NCBI GenBank assembly: GCA_964016885.1
Contig: OZ024743.1
Location: 298,406,001 to 298,470,000, forward strand
Length of the DNA stretch: 64,000 nucleotides
Direction of reading: 5' to 3'
Source: Eledone cirrhosa
Taxonomy: Eukaryota
Part shown: in pieces, positions 37,392-56,360 of the stretch
Layout of the letters: each line of letters starts with the position of its first letter
How positions within the stretch are numbered: the stretch's first letter is position 1
The notes under the pieces: generated by a model
Database searches by the model: none
What the model was told of the DNA's origin: nothing
Seen by the model: the letters and a program-made list of their open reading frames with translations, nothing else
Program-made: the position numbers and the translations under genes

Positions 37392-40300
37392 CCTCACTCA
37401 GAATAGGCAGCATAAATGCGCATGGCTTGGGGTCGTCATGGAAGAAGGGCCACCTGCTCAACGACCTCAGGTCACTAAACATAGATGTAGTGTCATCAGC
37501 GAGACCAGAATCTCCGAAGCACGGGCCTTCGCACCAATCTTCGGCGGCTACGATGTGTACGCATCTCCCAGCCGTCCGGGATCGGGGGGAGGAGTTGCTG
37601 TGATTTTTCGGAGAGGTTTGGATCTCGCCATACGGGCCATCTTCCTGAACCCAGAAGGTAAGTTGGTGGTGCTAGACGTGACCAGCGGAGACGGGCAAGC
37701 TTTCAGGCTAGTGGCCGTCTATGCCCCGACAGGAGCACGGCGGCCTGATTTCTTCCGGCGTCTGGAGACCTTTCTTGGAACGTCCCGCTCTTTAGTGTTA
37801 GTGGGCGACTGGAACGGGATCTTAGATGCACGCTAGGACTGTGTGGGATTAGCGGATAGGGGAGGAGGGTGCAGGAGCCTCACCAACCTGCTCAGGAGTT
37901 TTGAACTGTCTGACAGGTACCGATTGGATTTCCCGAATGTGCCAATGTGGACTTGGACAAATCGCATATGGTCATCCAGATCATATCTAGATAGAGTATT
38001 TTGTAGGGAAATAGATAGGTCTAGCATAGGCTGTCCACAATTCAAGATAGTCAGCTACACGGACCAGAAATTCGTGGTCTGTGTGCTTGACTTAGATAGG
38101 CTTCATAGACGAGGACCCGGCTACTGGAAGCTAAACGCGTCCTTACCAGCGCGCAAGGCCTACAGAGACCGGATTAGCGAACTAGTTAAGAGGGCGTTGA
38201 CGGGGGCCATCGTCAACAACAAGTGGTGGTTTTCTCTGAAAAGAGCAATTAGAATAGAGTCCATTAGGTTTAGTAAGGCTTTAGCAATAGAGAAAAATAG
38301 AGCAGAGGGAGAATTAGTTAGAAAATTAGACGAGGCGCTTAGCAAAGGCATCGCGACCGACGTATTGCGGCGAAATTGGTCCTTGACCAATTCTTCAATG
38401 CAAAGCACGAAGGCTGCGTTGTCAGAGCTAGGGTGCGTGCTCTCAGACACGAGTTCAATGGGCCCGAGTGGCGGAGGCGCGTCGTGGCAACAAAGCCACA
38501 ATCTGGTTTTTGGTGGACCACGACGGGCGCATGCTACTCGATCCCGGGCAAATGTGTGAAGCTTTTCAGCGACACTTCGCACAGCTGTTCGGGGGCAGCG
38601 GCGGGCCGGATCGAGGGATGGACTTTAGTGTCTACCTCGATGGACTGCCGCGGCTCTCGGCTACTGAGGCGGAGTGTTGCGAAAAGCCGATAACAGCCGC
38701 TGAAGTACGGGAGGCAATGACTGGCTGCACAAGAGGTAAATCGCCTGGTTTGGATGGTCTGCCCTATGTACAGATGCCAGACTTGTTCGGATGTCTCTTG
38801 GCGGACGTCTACTGCAACTGGCAACAGAACGGGAGAATTCCCAGCTCTGTGAGCCGAGGAGCGGTGGCGCTGCTGAGAAAGGATCCGAACAAGGGGGATA
38901 ACATAGATAATTTCAGGCCTATAACTCTGCTAAACACAGAGTTCAAGATTTTGGCCAAGATGCTAGCAAAGAGGTTGGCGCTTGTCGTTGGTGGTTTGGT
39001 GGGAGAGGCGCAGACATGCGTAATTCCCGACAGATCCATCCACGACAACCTCCACCTCATGCGATACATCGTAGAGAGGGTAGCTAGGGAACCTGGCACG
39101 GGTGGGTCCTTGATCAATTTAGATCAGTCAAAAGCGTTAGATAGGGTCGACCATCGTTACTTAGCGGCAGTCCTGAGGCGGCTGGCTTTGGGCCCGTCTT
39201 CAAAGGCTGGATCGCTGCCATGCACAGCAGCATCTGCTCTGTGGTGAGAGTGAACGGTCACCTTTCGGAACCGTTCAACATCATGCGCTCGGTCCGCCAA
39301 GGATGTCCCCTCTCGTCCTTCTTGTACGTATTGACTCTCGAGCCATTACTGCACAAACTGGAGACGTTGAGGGAGGTCCCGCGCGAACTAGAATGCGCGA
39401 ACTAGGATGAGGCAGGTCCATGCCGTCCAACAGCGTCGTCGGGCGCTGGACGGACGGACCGGTTAAATTGCTAGGGGTCTGGTTCGGTCCGGACCTCCAG
39501 ACGGACAAAAAATGGGACGAGGTGACGAGCAGGGTGGCTTCTCTCACCCAGAAATGGGCGGAGAGGAAGCTATCCCTGAAAGGTCGAGCGGAGCTGGCTA
39601 ACGCGTACATCGCGTCCGTCATCTACTACCGCCTGACCGTCGTACCTTGTCCTAAGCCCCGCCTGACTGTGCTGGAGCGTTTGCTCTTTCGCTTTTTGTG
39701 GAAGGGACGCGCTCCGATGGTCAGGCGGTCCATCTGCTGTCAACACCTGCTACGTGGAGGGCTGGGCATGCCGTGGCTGATGATGCGCAGACACGCGCTC
39801 AGGCTACGACATCTCCACCTCTTGCTCGACGGTGATCAGGGGTGGTCGCCGTTTGCTAGACGCGTCTTTCCCCAGCTCGTCTCCTTGACGGAGCTGCAGG
39901 CCTGGGTCAAGCGAAGACCGAGAGGGAGCGCTTGGAGACTGGAATGTCTTCAGGCGCTCACAGCCCTCGACCAATCGGGCAATGTGATTGGTGGAAACTC
40001 CACCTTGGCGTTCTATAGAGGATTAGTGGAGGGGAAGAGTGACGACATACTTGGGGAAACTCTAGGCTTCGACGAAAATCAACTAGCCAATCTCTTCGGA
40101 AAAACCTTTGGGCCGGGGCCTATGGACAACTTCCAGAAATCCCTGCCTGGCAGTCCTACCGAGGAGCTTTGCCAGTTCTGGATAAACTCTACAGGCATGG
40201 AGGTGCCGTCAGCCGGGCATTCCCGAGATGCGCGCAGGGCGACGAAACCGTCCTGCCCGCACTCGTCCAATGTCCGAGCATTGTTGACTTGTGGGTTTAT

Positions 40301-40635
40301 GTCGAACACCTGCTGTCGTGTGTAGGACGGATCCAGCTATCAGCTGAGTTCATCGTGAGGATTGCCCCGTCCTCTTCCTTTAGCCGGGAAGGGCAGGTAG
40401 TTTTTATCTGTCTGGTGGCCATGCGAAAGAGATAGTATGGTGGACACGTTTGAAAGGGCTGAAGACGAGCACTTACCTCTTCGGTGATGCCCTGATTAAC
40501 TTTTTCAAATTTCATTTGAAAAGGAAAATCAGGGTAGAGAGGGAAGTGCTCTCTTCCCAGCATTTTGTTGAAAGATGGGTGAGAGAGGCAAGAATGGCCC
40601 GAGTGAATGGGCCTTCTCTGAGTATGTGTCTGTAA
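37388..40635 (+). pseudogene. Tx1 #1 ORF2 (APE-RT), disrupted
   Basis: Consecutive broken frames starting MTSLRIGSINAHGL. Confidence 0.85.
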
Positions 40636-40914
40636 ATTAAAGGTGGAAAACTGGGAGAGAGCACTTGCCCTGGTGGTCAGGGTCACTGTGGCTTTTTAAT
40701 GGGCTTTCTCCACGAATGTCCGTCGGAAGTCTCCCCCGTATTGGGGAATTTTTCATTGTTATTTTTTTTGTTACATCCTCTGTCTTTGTTTTTTACACGC
40801 AGAAATGCCCATTTGTACCGTCCTGTATTGTCCTGTACTGTCCTTAATGTCTACTTTATGTAAACCCTTGTGGTTAATAAAGAAAGCATTATTATTTTTA
40901 TTATTATTATTATT

Positions 40915-43900
40915 GGTCTAATCGGACGTATTTTGCTCGCTCCCAGTTTTTGCCTGTTAAAATTATTTGTTGTTAAATATTTCTTGTTGTGTAAGGGATA
41001 TAAGCCCTTAGACTTTGCCCTGTGAAGGGGAAAGTATAATATTTGGGCCTTTTGGCCCAAATATTTGAACTTTTTTTACATTTAAAAAAATTTACGGAGA
41101 AAAAAAAACATGGCTGAGCCACGCCCTCAGCGACATGTCTGCTGTCGTGCCACAACGACGTAGAAGTTGAGAGGAGCGCTACAGCGAAATCAACACACAT
41201 TGATAACACAAACACCACCACAAACAAGGTAAACAAAGACACCAATGATACCAATGAGAACTCTAATTTTGAAAAATATGACAGTAACAACGACAACGAA
41301 AATACAGATAACAAAAATAAAATGACAAATGCAACAACAATATCAACACCACTAACACGAAAACAAATAGCGACAACACCAACAGCAACAATACCAACTG
41401 CACCGAGAACAACGGTGGCAACAAAGACAACAATGATAACAGCGACAGTGATAACAACAACACCAACAAGAACAACGACAACGACAACAACACCCCCAAC
41501 GAAAACAAGAACACTTTCGCTGCAGCAGCAGCAAAAAAGAGGACATGCTTCAACATGGACATCTCAAACAAAGATGAAAAGTTGGCCCAGGCATGGAAGC
41601 TCATCAAGCAAGAGCAAACCTGGGCCAACTTAACTGTCCCAGTAGAAGCTATTGAGGCAGTGGAGCGCAGAACGGTGCATTATAGATGCATCTCAGCACA
41701 AACCAAAAGGGCAGCTTTAATCCCACAAGATGTCGAAGTCGCGCTGAGGTGCATCAGAGAAGACACCGAATACATAGAGAGGGGCAGACAGTACGGCACC
41801 ATTTCGGTGTTGTTCAAGTCAGAAGCCCTCGCTATGAAATACGCTATGACTCCTTGCAAAACCAGCAAGGTCATAATGTACCCCTCCCACATGGGAAAAA
41901 GAACGGCCCGTCTCTGCATTCCCAGAATCCCACCAGGACTTGACATGTGGTGGCTTCTGGGATGTGTAATTGTGGAGGGGACGGATACCGTCCCTATAGA
42001 AGTGACCAGAACGGCAAGAGAGGACTGGTCCGGGGTTGACCTGGAGATCCTTCTCCAGATCAGGCCCGAGAATGTGAAGACAATCCCGGACCACATCCGC
42101 CTTCAGAATGGGACGGCCATTCACATTATGACCGAAGGCAAAAGGCCGCAGTGTTTTGTTTGTGGGGAAAAAACCTATTTGCGAGCCTTCTGCCCTCAAC
42201 TGCTGAAAGAGGCAAGGGGTCGAACGGCTCCACTGCTGCCGACGCCGGGGCGAGGACCACAACCAACACCAGCACCAGCAAAATCACCAACAACAACACC
42301 AATAGAAAGACCACCACCAACATTGACCACCCAAGGGAGAAACGAGGAAAGCTGTCAAATCCCCCCCCCCCCCCAAAAAAAAAATACACACACCAATACA
42401 ACCATAAACATACATACAGACACACTTAGGGACACAGACCCCTCATCTACCAGTAGTGAAGATGAGGGAAAACCAAAATCCCCCAAAATACAAAAAAGGA
42501 AACACAAAAAGAAAAAAAAAAACTCAACAAAGCACAAAATCACCCACAATAAAAAACGCAGACACCACCCACGTAAACATCTATCCAATAACACCAACAT
42601 CAACACCACCATCACCATCACCAGAATCCCCAAACGCAAACAACCGAAACAGACGCAATAACAAATATACACACAAACATCTGAAACCACAGACACCGCA
42701 CTCACAACAAACACAGACACAACCGAAACAACACCACCAAAACCATCACTACCACAGCTACGCAAACAAATAAAATCACACCAACAAAACATACAAAACT
42801 TCGTCTCGTCAGGAGCGCCAACAAGGAACTGATGGCCCTCGTAGCACGAAGTGAAAATATACAAAAAGATGGGGAAATTTTTAAATCGAGCACATTTTGC
42901 GTGCCGGAAGATTTGGTTCTGTTGCGAATGTCGATCGAATTATACAAAGAAATACGAGACAGCTTTCCTCGGGACGTGGGAACCCCGAACATACAACCAA
43001 CTTCAAGACTTTTAAAGGGGTTCCCAAAAGAAACCCCACCAACTATGGAGGTCAAACAACCCGACCTTCACAAGAGCCCGGAAGGTAAGTAAACCTTTCC
43101 TCTCTCTCTTTTTAACCTGCCAACATGGCCGTATTAAGAGTAGGATGTTTAAATGTTCGAAGCCTGGGATCGTCCTGGAAGCAGGGTCACCTGCTCAACG
43201 ACCTCAGGTCTCTAGAAATGGATGTAATTGCCGTCAGCGAGACCAGGATTTCCGACACGCGCGCACTAGCCCCCATTTTTGACGACTATCAGATCTTTGC
43301 ATCTGTTAGCCGGCCGGGAATGGGAGGCGGGTGGCAGTGCTGTTTAGGAAAGGCCTGGATCTCGAGGTAAGGTCGATCTTCCGGGACCCGGACGGGAAGT
43401 TGGTGGTCCTGGACGTGAACAATAACGAAGGTGGTGCCTTTAGACTGGTGGCCGTCTATGCTCCTACTGGGGCAGGACGGCCGGACTTCTTTAGACGCCT
43501 GGATGCCTTTCTGGGCACGTCTCGCCCTTTACTGTTAGCGGGGGACTGGAACGGCATCTTAGACGCACGCTGCGACTGTGTGGGAGTATCCGATAGGAGC
43601 GGGGGGTGCAAAAGCCTCAAGAACCTGATCAGCCAGTTCCAACTGTCTGACAGGTACCGACTAGATTTCCCTAATGCGCCAGTGCGGACCTGGGCTAACC
43701 GCACAGGGTCATCTTGATCGTATATATACAAGATATTCATTAGGAAAATATACAGAAATAGTGTAAGCTGTCCACGTTTTGAAACGGTCGCCTATTCAGA
43801 TCACAAGTTTGTGATCTGTATGGTCGACCTAGATAAGACGCGTAGGTTAGGATCTGGTTACTGGAAGCTAAACATGTCATTTCCGGCACGTAAGGCATAC

Positions 43901-46812
43901 AGGAACCAGGTCAACAATTTAGTTAAGAAAAAGTTGACAGGGGGAGTCGTCATCAATAGACGGTGGGGGGCTCTCAAAAGAGAGATTAGAGTAATGTCGA
44001 TAGAGTTTAGCCAAGAAGTAGCGTTATAGAAAGGAGGGGGAGTTGGTAGATAAGTTAGACGAGGCTATTGGTAGTGGCATTGCAACTGACGTACTAGCCG
44101 CGAGAATGGCATTAGACCATTTCTTCAATGCGAAACACGGAGGTTGCATTGTCAGAGCTAAGGCGCGTGCTTTGAGAAACGAGGGAACCAAAGCTGTTCG
44201 ATGGGCCCGCGTGGCAGAAGCGCAGCGTGGTAATAAAACCACGATTCGGTCTTTGACGGACCGAGACGGACACAAGCTGAGGGATTCCAAGCGGATGTGT
44301 GATGCCTTTCGCCAACATTTTGCTCGGTTGTTCGGGGGAAGTGGCGGGTCAGAGATGGTGGCGGACTTCAGTCCCTACCTCGATGGCTTGCCGCAACTCT
44401 CGACGGCTGACGCTGGGCGCTGCGAAAGGCCATATACTTCAGCCGAGATTCAGGATGCTCTTGTCGGCTGCATGAGGCGCAAGTCACCCGGTTTGGATGG
44501 TCTGCCCTACGAGCTTTACGTAAATATGCCAGACTTGTTCTCCAATCTCCTCGAAGCCCTCTACTGCAACTGGCAGCAAACGGGAGTATTCCCAATTCTG
44601 TGAGCCGGGGCGTAGTGACGCTGATAAGGAAATGGAGAACAAGAGGGACACATTAGACAATTTCAGGCCCATAACTCTGCTCAACACAGAGTTTAAGATT
44701 TTGGCCAGTGTGTTAGCGAAGAGCTTGGCGCTTGTCGTCGGGGATTTGGTTGGGAAGGTGCAAACTTGCGCAATCCCAACCAGGTCCATACACGACAACC
44801 TCCACCTAATGCGATACATCATAGAGAGGGTAGGGTGTAAACCTGGCTTCGGTGGGGCTCTGATCAAAATAGATCAATCGAAAGTATTCGATAGGGTCGA
44901 CCATCGGTACCAGGAGGCTGTCCTCAAGGCGGCTGGCTTCGGCCCTGTCTTCAGAAGCTGGATCTCTGCAATGCAGAGCGGCACCTGCTCGATGGTCAAA
45001 ATTAGTGGCCACCTCTCGGAACCGTTTCAGGTCTCCCGATCGGTTCGTCAAGGTTGCCTTCTCTCCCCCTTTCTGTACGTATTGACTCTCGAGCCTTTAC
45101 TACGGAAGCTAGAGCTGTTGCAGCACATCCCGATTGAACCGGGACGCGGAAAGGCTGCGTCGGCTTATGCGGACGACATCATCGCGATGGTGTCGGACAC
45201 CTCAGAAATCGAGGTGGTCGGCAACTTATTGGAGGAATATGAAAGGTTGACGGGAGCAAAACTTAATCCGGAAAAGTCGTGGGCTTGCAACTCGGCACCT
45301 CGAGAGGCAAGTCCATGCCGTCCAACAGCGACGTTAGGCGCTGGACGGACGGACCGATAAAGTTGCTAGGGGTTTGGTTCGGGCCAGACCTCCAGGTGGA
45401 TAATAATTGGGACGAGGTGACGGGCAGGGTAGCCAGTCTCACCCAGAAATGGGCTGGGATGAAGCTATCACTGAAAGGTCGGGCGGAGGTGGCGAACGCG
45501 TACATCGCGTCCGTCATCTACTACCGCCTAACCGTCGTCCCTTGCCCCCGTTCGCGCCTCGCCATCTTGGAGTGGCTCCTCTTCAAGTTCTTGTGGAGGG
45601 GTCAGGTTCCGCTGGTGAGGCGGTCCATCTTCTGCCAGCACCCTCTACGTGGAGGGCTGGGCATGCCGTGGCTAATGATGCGCAGGCATGCGCTGAGGCT
45701 GCGGCATCTCCAGATATTATGCCTAAACGGTGAACAGGTGTGGTCGCCGTTTGTGAGACGGCCCTTTCCGCAGCTCGTTTCTTTGACTGAGCTGCAGTCC
45801 TGGGTCAAGAAGAGACCGAGACTGGGTGACTGGCATCTGAAATGTTGCCAAGCACTCACTGCCCTCTACCAGGCGGGCAATGCGGTCAGTGGAACTTCCA
45901 CTCTCGAGTTCTATAGAGGATTAGTGGTGGGCATGTGCGACGACGAAATCAGAGAGGCTCTGGGAGTCAACGAAGTCGAACTAACAAGTCTGTACCGGAG
46001 GATTTTCAATCCGGGGACGATGGATAATTTCCAAAAATCCCTCGCATGGCAGTGCTACCGGGGGGCACTGCCGGTTCGAGATAAACTCTACAGGCACAGA
46101 AGTGCTGTCAGACGGACCTGCCCGAGATGCGCGCAGAGCGACGAAACCGTTCTGCACGCACTCGTCCAGTGTCCGTGCATTACTGACTTGTGGAGTTATG
46201 TTGAACAGCTGTTGTCGCGTGTAGAAGGGATCCGGCTATCGGCCGAGTCCATAGTGAAGATCGACCCGCCGCCTTCTTTTGGCCAGGAAGGGCAGGCAAT
46301 TTTCCTCTGTCTGGTGGCTGTAGCGAAAGAGGTTGTATGGTGGACGAGGTTGAAAGGACTGAAGACAGACACTTTTCTCTTCGGCCAATCCCTCATCAAC
46401 TTTTTCAAGTTTCACTTGGAAAGGAATGTAAGGGTGGAGAGAGAAGTGCTGCCCCCCAGTACATTTGCTGAAAGGTGGGTGAATGTGGCGAGAATGGCCC
46501 GTGTGAGTGGGCCTACTCTGGTCATGCGGCTGTAGGTAGGTAAATTTGAGGAGGAGAGGGGGTGACCTTCCAGGGTGTTCTCGAAGCGTCGGGTCGTTCA
46601 GGATTGGTGAGGTACCTGAGCGAACCCTGTGTGGTCATCCCCCTATTGGGGAATTTTTTCTTGTAATTTTCTTGTTACTTTATTGTTACTTTGTTATTGT
46701 TACTTTGTTATTGTTATTCATATTGTTTACTCAATTATTCTGTTAAACCTCACTGTCCCAGTCTTTTGTATTGTCCTCTATATGTCGGCCCTTGTGGCCA
46801 ATAAATGAAATC
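40915..46812 (+). mobile_element. Tx1/L1-clade LINE #2, full length, frameshifted, head-to-tail with #1
   Basis: ORF1 about 41110-43092 (CFVC..YLRAFC); ORF2 43125-46535 (NVRSL, SET, GDWN, SDH, YADD, CPRC..HALVQC); (TAT)n tail at 46813. Confidence 0.93.
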
Positions 46813-46839
46813 ATTATTATTATTATTATTATTATAATT

Positions 46840-47015
46840 AATTGTTTCGACTTTTGGCACAAGTAATTACCCCAGTACATTACTGGTGCTTTATTTTATC
46901 GGCCCCGTAAGATGAAAGGAAAAGTTATCCTTGGGGGGATTTGATCTCAGGAAGTAAAGGGCCATAACTCTATGCTGCAAAGCATTTTGTCTGATGCTCT
47001 GCCGATACTGCCAAT
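46840..47015 (-). mobile_element. SINE family A
   Basis: Family match; tail abuts the Tx1 #2 tail. Confidence 0.85.
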
Positions 47016-47116
47016 GAAAGTTAAAACAATATGTAGGGGTGACAAGACTTTTGTAGTTAGATAGTCCTAAATGACAATTAATAACGCTAAAATGTTTTTA
47101 TTATTTACTCGCATTA

Positions 47117-47305
47117 GGGCGGTGGATTGGAAGTATCGGTAGAGGGTCGGAAACCATGATTTGCAGCATAGAGTTACGGCTCTTTATGATCTGAGTTCAA
47201 ATCCCGCCGAGGTTAACTTTGCCTTTGATTCTTACGAACTGGGGTCGATTTAATCGACTTTTCCCCTCCCCCAAAATTGCTGGCCTTGTGCCTATATAAG
47301 AAACC
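47117..47305 (+). mobile_element. SINE family A variant with 17-bp target-site duplication
   Basis: ATTATTTACTCGCATTA at 47100-47116 and 47306-47322. Confidence 0.9.
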
Positions 47306-47334
47306 ATTATTTACTCGCATTAATACTGTGCTAA

Positions 47335-47745
47335 ATCTTCTTTTTCTTCTTCTTCTTAGGAGGGTTGTTGAGGTAGAGTCCTCAAACAAATCTTCCAGCA
47401 GTCCTGTCAGAAGCAACCGCCTCCAACTGATCCGGCTGGATCCCTAAGCGACTTCAGCCGAGCTCATGCATGTTATCCAACAATCTTGCTAGGCGTCTAA
47501 CCCCGGCTCTCCTGCCAGTTGGTTTTGCCCGTAAAATCTGTCCGGTAATTCTTTCCTGAGATATTCTAACCACATGTCTGTAGTATCGGAACTGTGATCC
47601 CTCAATTCGGAGAAGTAGCTGCTCTATCTAGAGTGACTCTCTGATATCCGAGATATGCGAGCCATGGAGTAACTTTACTCCTAAGACAATTGGAAGAACC
47701 CATCTCGGTCGCTTGTGTTCGCAATCGTATTCTTTCGATCATTTA
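47335..47745 (-). mobile_element. RTE-like LINE 3' fragment with (GAA)n tail
   Basis: (CTT)n at 47336-47357; minus frames resemble LLLRIEGSQFRY..HVVR. Confidence 0.55.
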
Positions 47746-48248
47746 ACAATGACTTACCAATACGTTGATTAATTTTTAAAGTATATAAACTACTTTTTTA
47801 TATATAAGTCCCTACGACTTTAAACATCCACACCCCATTAGCTAAAATTCCCCTCACACACAATCACACTTTTAGGGTAACTTCGCGACATAATCAATCA
47901 ATCTCCAAACTTACAATCATAAACACACACACATTAGGCACCCCATCACAATTAGTTTTTCCAGCCCTTCTACTTCCAGAGTAACATAACCGTATATAAA
48001 AATGCCTGATCCTACCATAAAATGCAATAAGATGAAGTGACCAAAGCTAAAACTTCGAAGTCATTCTACTTGTCTACTCAGAAATATAATTTAAAGTCTA
48101 TCTACCAGTATCGATTGTTCATTCAGTTAAGGTTTGAATGTTTTAAACACGCATACCAACATATATTGTAATGTAGGTTATTCAGTAATTTTTTTATTTA
48201 TTACTGGTGGTGGTATGTAGCAATGTGATCACTAGATGCTACACCAGA

Positions 48249-51483
<3,235 letters not shown>

Positions 51484-51489
51484 TGTATA

Positions 51490-51589
<100 letters not shown>

Positions 51590-51591
51590 TG

Positions 51592-52040
<449 letters not shown>

Positions 52041-52044
52041 GTAC

Positions 52045-52147
<103 letters not shown>

Positions 52148-52148
52148 C

Positions 52149-52241
<93 letters not shown>

Positions 52242-52335
52242 TGTATATATATATATATATATACATATATGTATATACATATATGTATATATATATATAT
52301 ATATACATATATGTATATATATATATATATATACA

Positions 52336-52389
<54 letters not shown>

Positions 52390-52391
52390 CA

Positions 52392-52422
<31 letters not shown>

Positions 52423-52439
52423 GCATATATACATTTATA

Positions 52440-52606
<167 letters not shown>

Positions 52607-52620
52607 GTATATATATATAT

Positions 52621-53938
<1,318 letters not shown>

Positions 53939-53944
53939 TGTATA

Positions 53945-54044
<100 letters not shown>

Positions 54045-54046
54045 TG

Positions 54047-54193
<147 letters not shown>

Positions 54194-54274
54194 GTATACA
54201 TGTATGTATGTATATATATATATATATGTGTGTGCATATATATTTATGTATACATGTATATATATATATGTATG

Positions 54275-54305
<31 letters not shown>

Positions 54306-54617
54306 GTATGTGTGTATGTAAAGTATATATATATATATATCTATAGAGAGAGAGAGAGAGAGAAAACGTACACGGAGAATGCGAAGGAGTGAGTGATATT
54401 CTTGGGAAATGAAGAAGAGAAGGAAGTTTAAGAATGTCTGAGACATGCCTGCAGTCTTCCATTTCGTCGTCATCAAAAAGTCACTCACGCACTAAACAAC
54501 CGTTCCGTTATAACTTATGGCTTTTCTCATTGTTGTTGACGTTGTTGCTGTGATTTTTGTGTGTCAACCAGTTCTGTTGTTGAATTTGTTATTTGTGTGG
54601 CTACAAGTAATAGAATT

Positions 54618-54900
54618 GGATGTAACGTGGTAGAAAAGTTAAAAGGTTTACTTCGTATCGTAAGACTCCGGGTTCGAGTCCACTGCAATGCATTTTGGGC
54701 AAGTGTTCTTTACCTTAACATCGCGTCAACCCAAACCTTGTAAGTGAAATTTGGTTGACCGAAACTGTTAAGAAGTCTATCATACAATGTCTGGTAGAGT
54801 ATCTCTGAGAATTGAGTTATGGTATACTCAGCCACTTTGCACATTAATTTCACGACCAGGTTGTTCACTTGTTCTAACAACTGGAAAACTCGTTGGCGGA
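54618..54900 (+). mobile_element. tRNA/CORE-type SINE, family C, degenerate
   Basis: GGTTCGAGTCC B box, TTGGGCAAGTGT CORE-like, GTGAAATTTGGT.GAC.GAAACT. Confidence 0.65.
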
Positions 54901-55057
54901 ACCGAATGAGAGTCAACACACGAACACAAATTCCTCCTGGATTTAGCGAAAATATGTAACAGCAAACAACATTCCTCGTGAGGATTTAAACTCCTGATAG
55001 TGATTCAACGTTACTCCGCTCAATTCTGCTGTTGCATTTGATATTCACATAGAAATA

Positions 55058-55460
55058 TGCACAGTATGGCTGAATGGTTAAGAAGTTCACTTCGCAATCA
55101 TAAGATTCCAGGTTCGATCCTACTGCGTGTAATCTTGGGTAAGTGTCATATATCCTAACCTTCGGTCGACACAAGCCATGAGAGTGAAATTGGGTAGACG
55201 GAAACTATTTAGAAGCCCGTCGAATCGATTGTCCCTGTAATTTCAAAGAGCAGCCTTGTCACACAGTACAGCACACTCAATACCACATTAGGGGTACACG
55301 TGTCTATGGAATGCTCTGTCACATGATAACTTCATAACTAGGTTGTTCTGGATACCACGTTAAGGATACACGTGTCTGTGGAATGCTCAGTAACTTCATG
55401 TTAATTACATGAACAGGCTGTTCTGGTGATGGAACAGCTGAAACACTCATCGTCTATTCC
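55058..55460 (+). mobile_element. SINE family C
   Basis: TGGCTGAATGG A box, GGTTCGATCC B box, GGTAGACGGAAACT..AAGCCCGTCG. Confidence 0.7.
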
Positions 55461-55929
55461 AGGAGAAACAGTTGCTGAATGAGATAGGCTAAGATCTTCC
55501 CCTTTTGAAACACAAATGACTGTAAAGTGTTTCATCTCTTTTCTTCTCCACTCTCTGTTGCTCCTTTGAATAAAGGACCAGCAGGGTCCTTGAATAAATG
55601 ACTCCGCTGTAAAATCGATTCAACGGTCTTTGAAACAATTTTCGTCTACCCATTTTCCACTCCGAGGCTATAGTAAATGACACATGACAAATATGTCACG
55701 CAGGGACCTTATGGTCGTTAAGCGAACTTCTTAATTATTTGGCCATGCAATTGCTGATACCATCTGTCGGTTGCAACTCGTGGCATAAAGAGCAATGTGA
55801 AATAAAATATTTTGCTCAAAAATACAACGCACCGCCTAGTCAAGGAATCGAACCGAAGAGCTTTTGCCTGTGAATTCAACACTCCACCATCACTAAGCTA
55901 CATGCTTTTACGAGAGAGATAACATTTAA

Positions 55930-56148
55930 CCCTTTAGCATTTAAATCGGCCATATCTGGCCAGAATTCTCTTACCTCTTTCTGTTCAAGCCGGCCACAAC
56001 TGGAAAATTATAATGATGTTAAGGTATTGTTCACAAAATAAATAATATCAAAATCCCATAGATTCAATATTATGAGATAATTATGTGAAATAAAGTGTTT
56101 ACCATGAAAATACAATAGTAAATATAAAGTAATTTAAATGCTAAAGGG
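55930..56148. mobile_element. piggyBac-type MITE (219 bp)
   Basis: TIRs CCCTTTAGCATTTAAAT / ATTTAAATGCTAAAGGG, flanked by TTAA at 55926-55929 and 56149-56152. Confidence 0.85.
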
Positions 56149-56159
56149 TTAAACTAACT

Positions 56160-56360
56160 CGACTGTAAAGGCGCGTGATTGTAATATCGCGAGTTCGATT
56201 CCTGGACTGGATGACCCGTGCTTTTGAACAAAACACTTCATTTCACGTTGCTGTAGTCTAACCTGCTAAAATTGAGTAACGATAGTAGCTGGGAATTACT
56301 CTTCGATGTACTGGAGTCTTATACTCTCAGTCACTTAACGCTAATGAAACCGAGATAAGC
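56160..56360 (+). mobile_element. SINE family B, degenerate
   Basis: GAGTTCGATTCC B box, TTGAACAAAACACTTCATTTCACGTTGCT. Confidence 0.6.

Larger units (their letters stand above)
35212..40887 (+). mobile_element. Tx1/L1-clade LINE #1, near full length, pseudogenised (RT YADD region deleted)
   Basis: ORF1 with CCHC knuckle CVICGEGTHLRAFC; ORF2 APE (GDWN), KSPGLDG, NFRPITLLN, RQGCPLS, zf-RVT-like end; AATAAA at 40876; (TAT)n on both sides. Confidence 0.92.
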
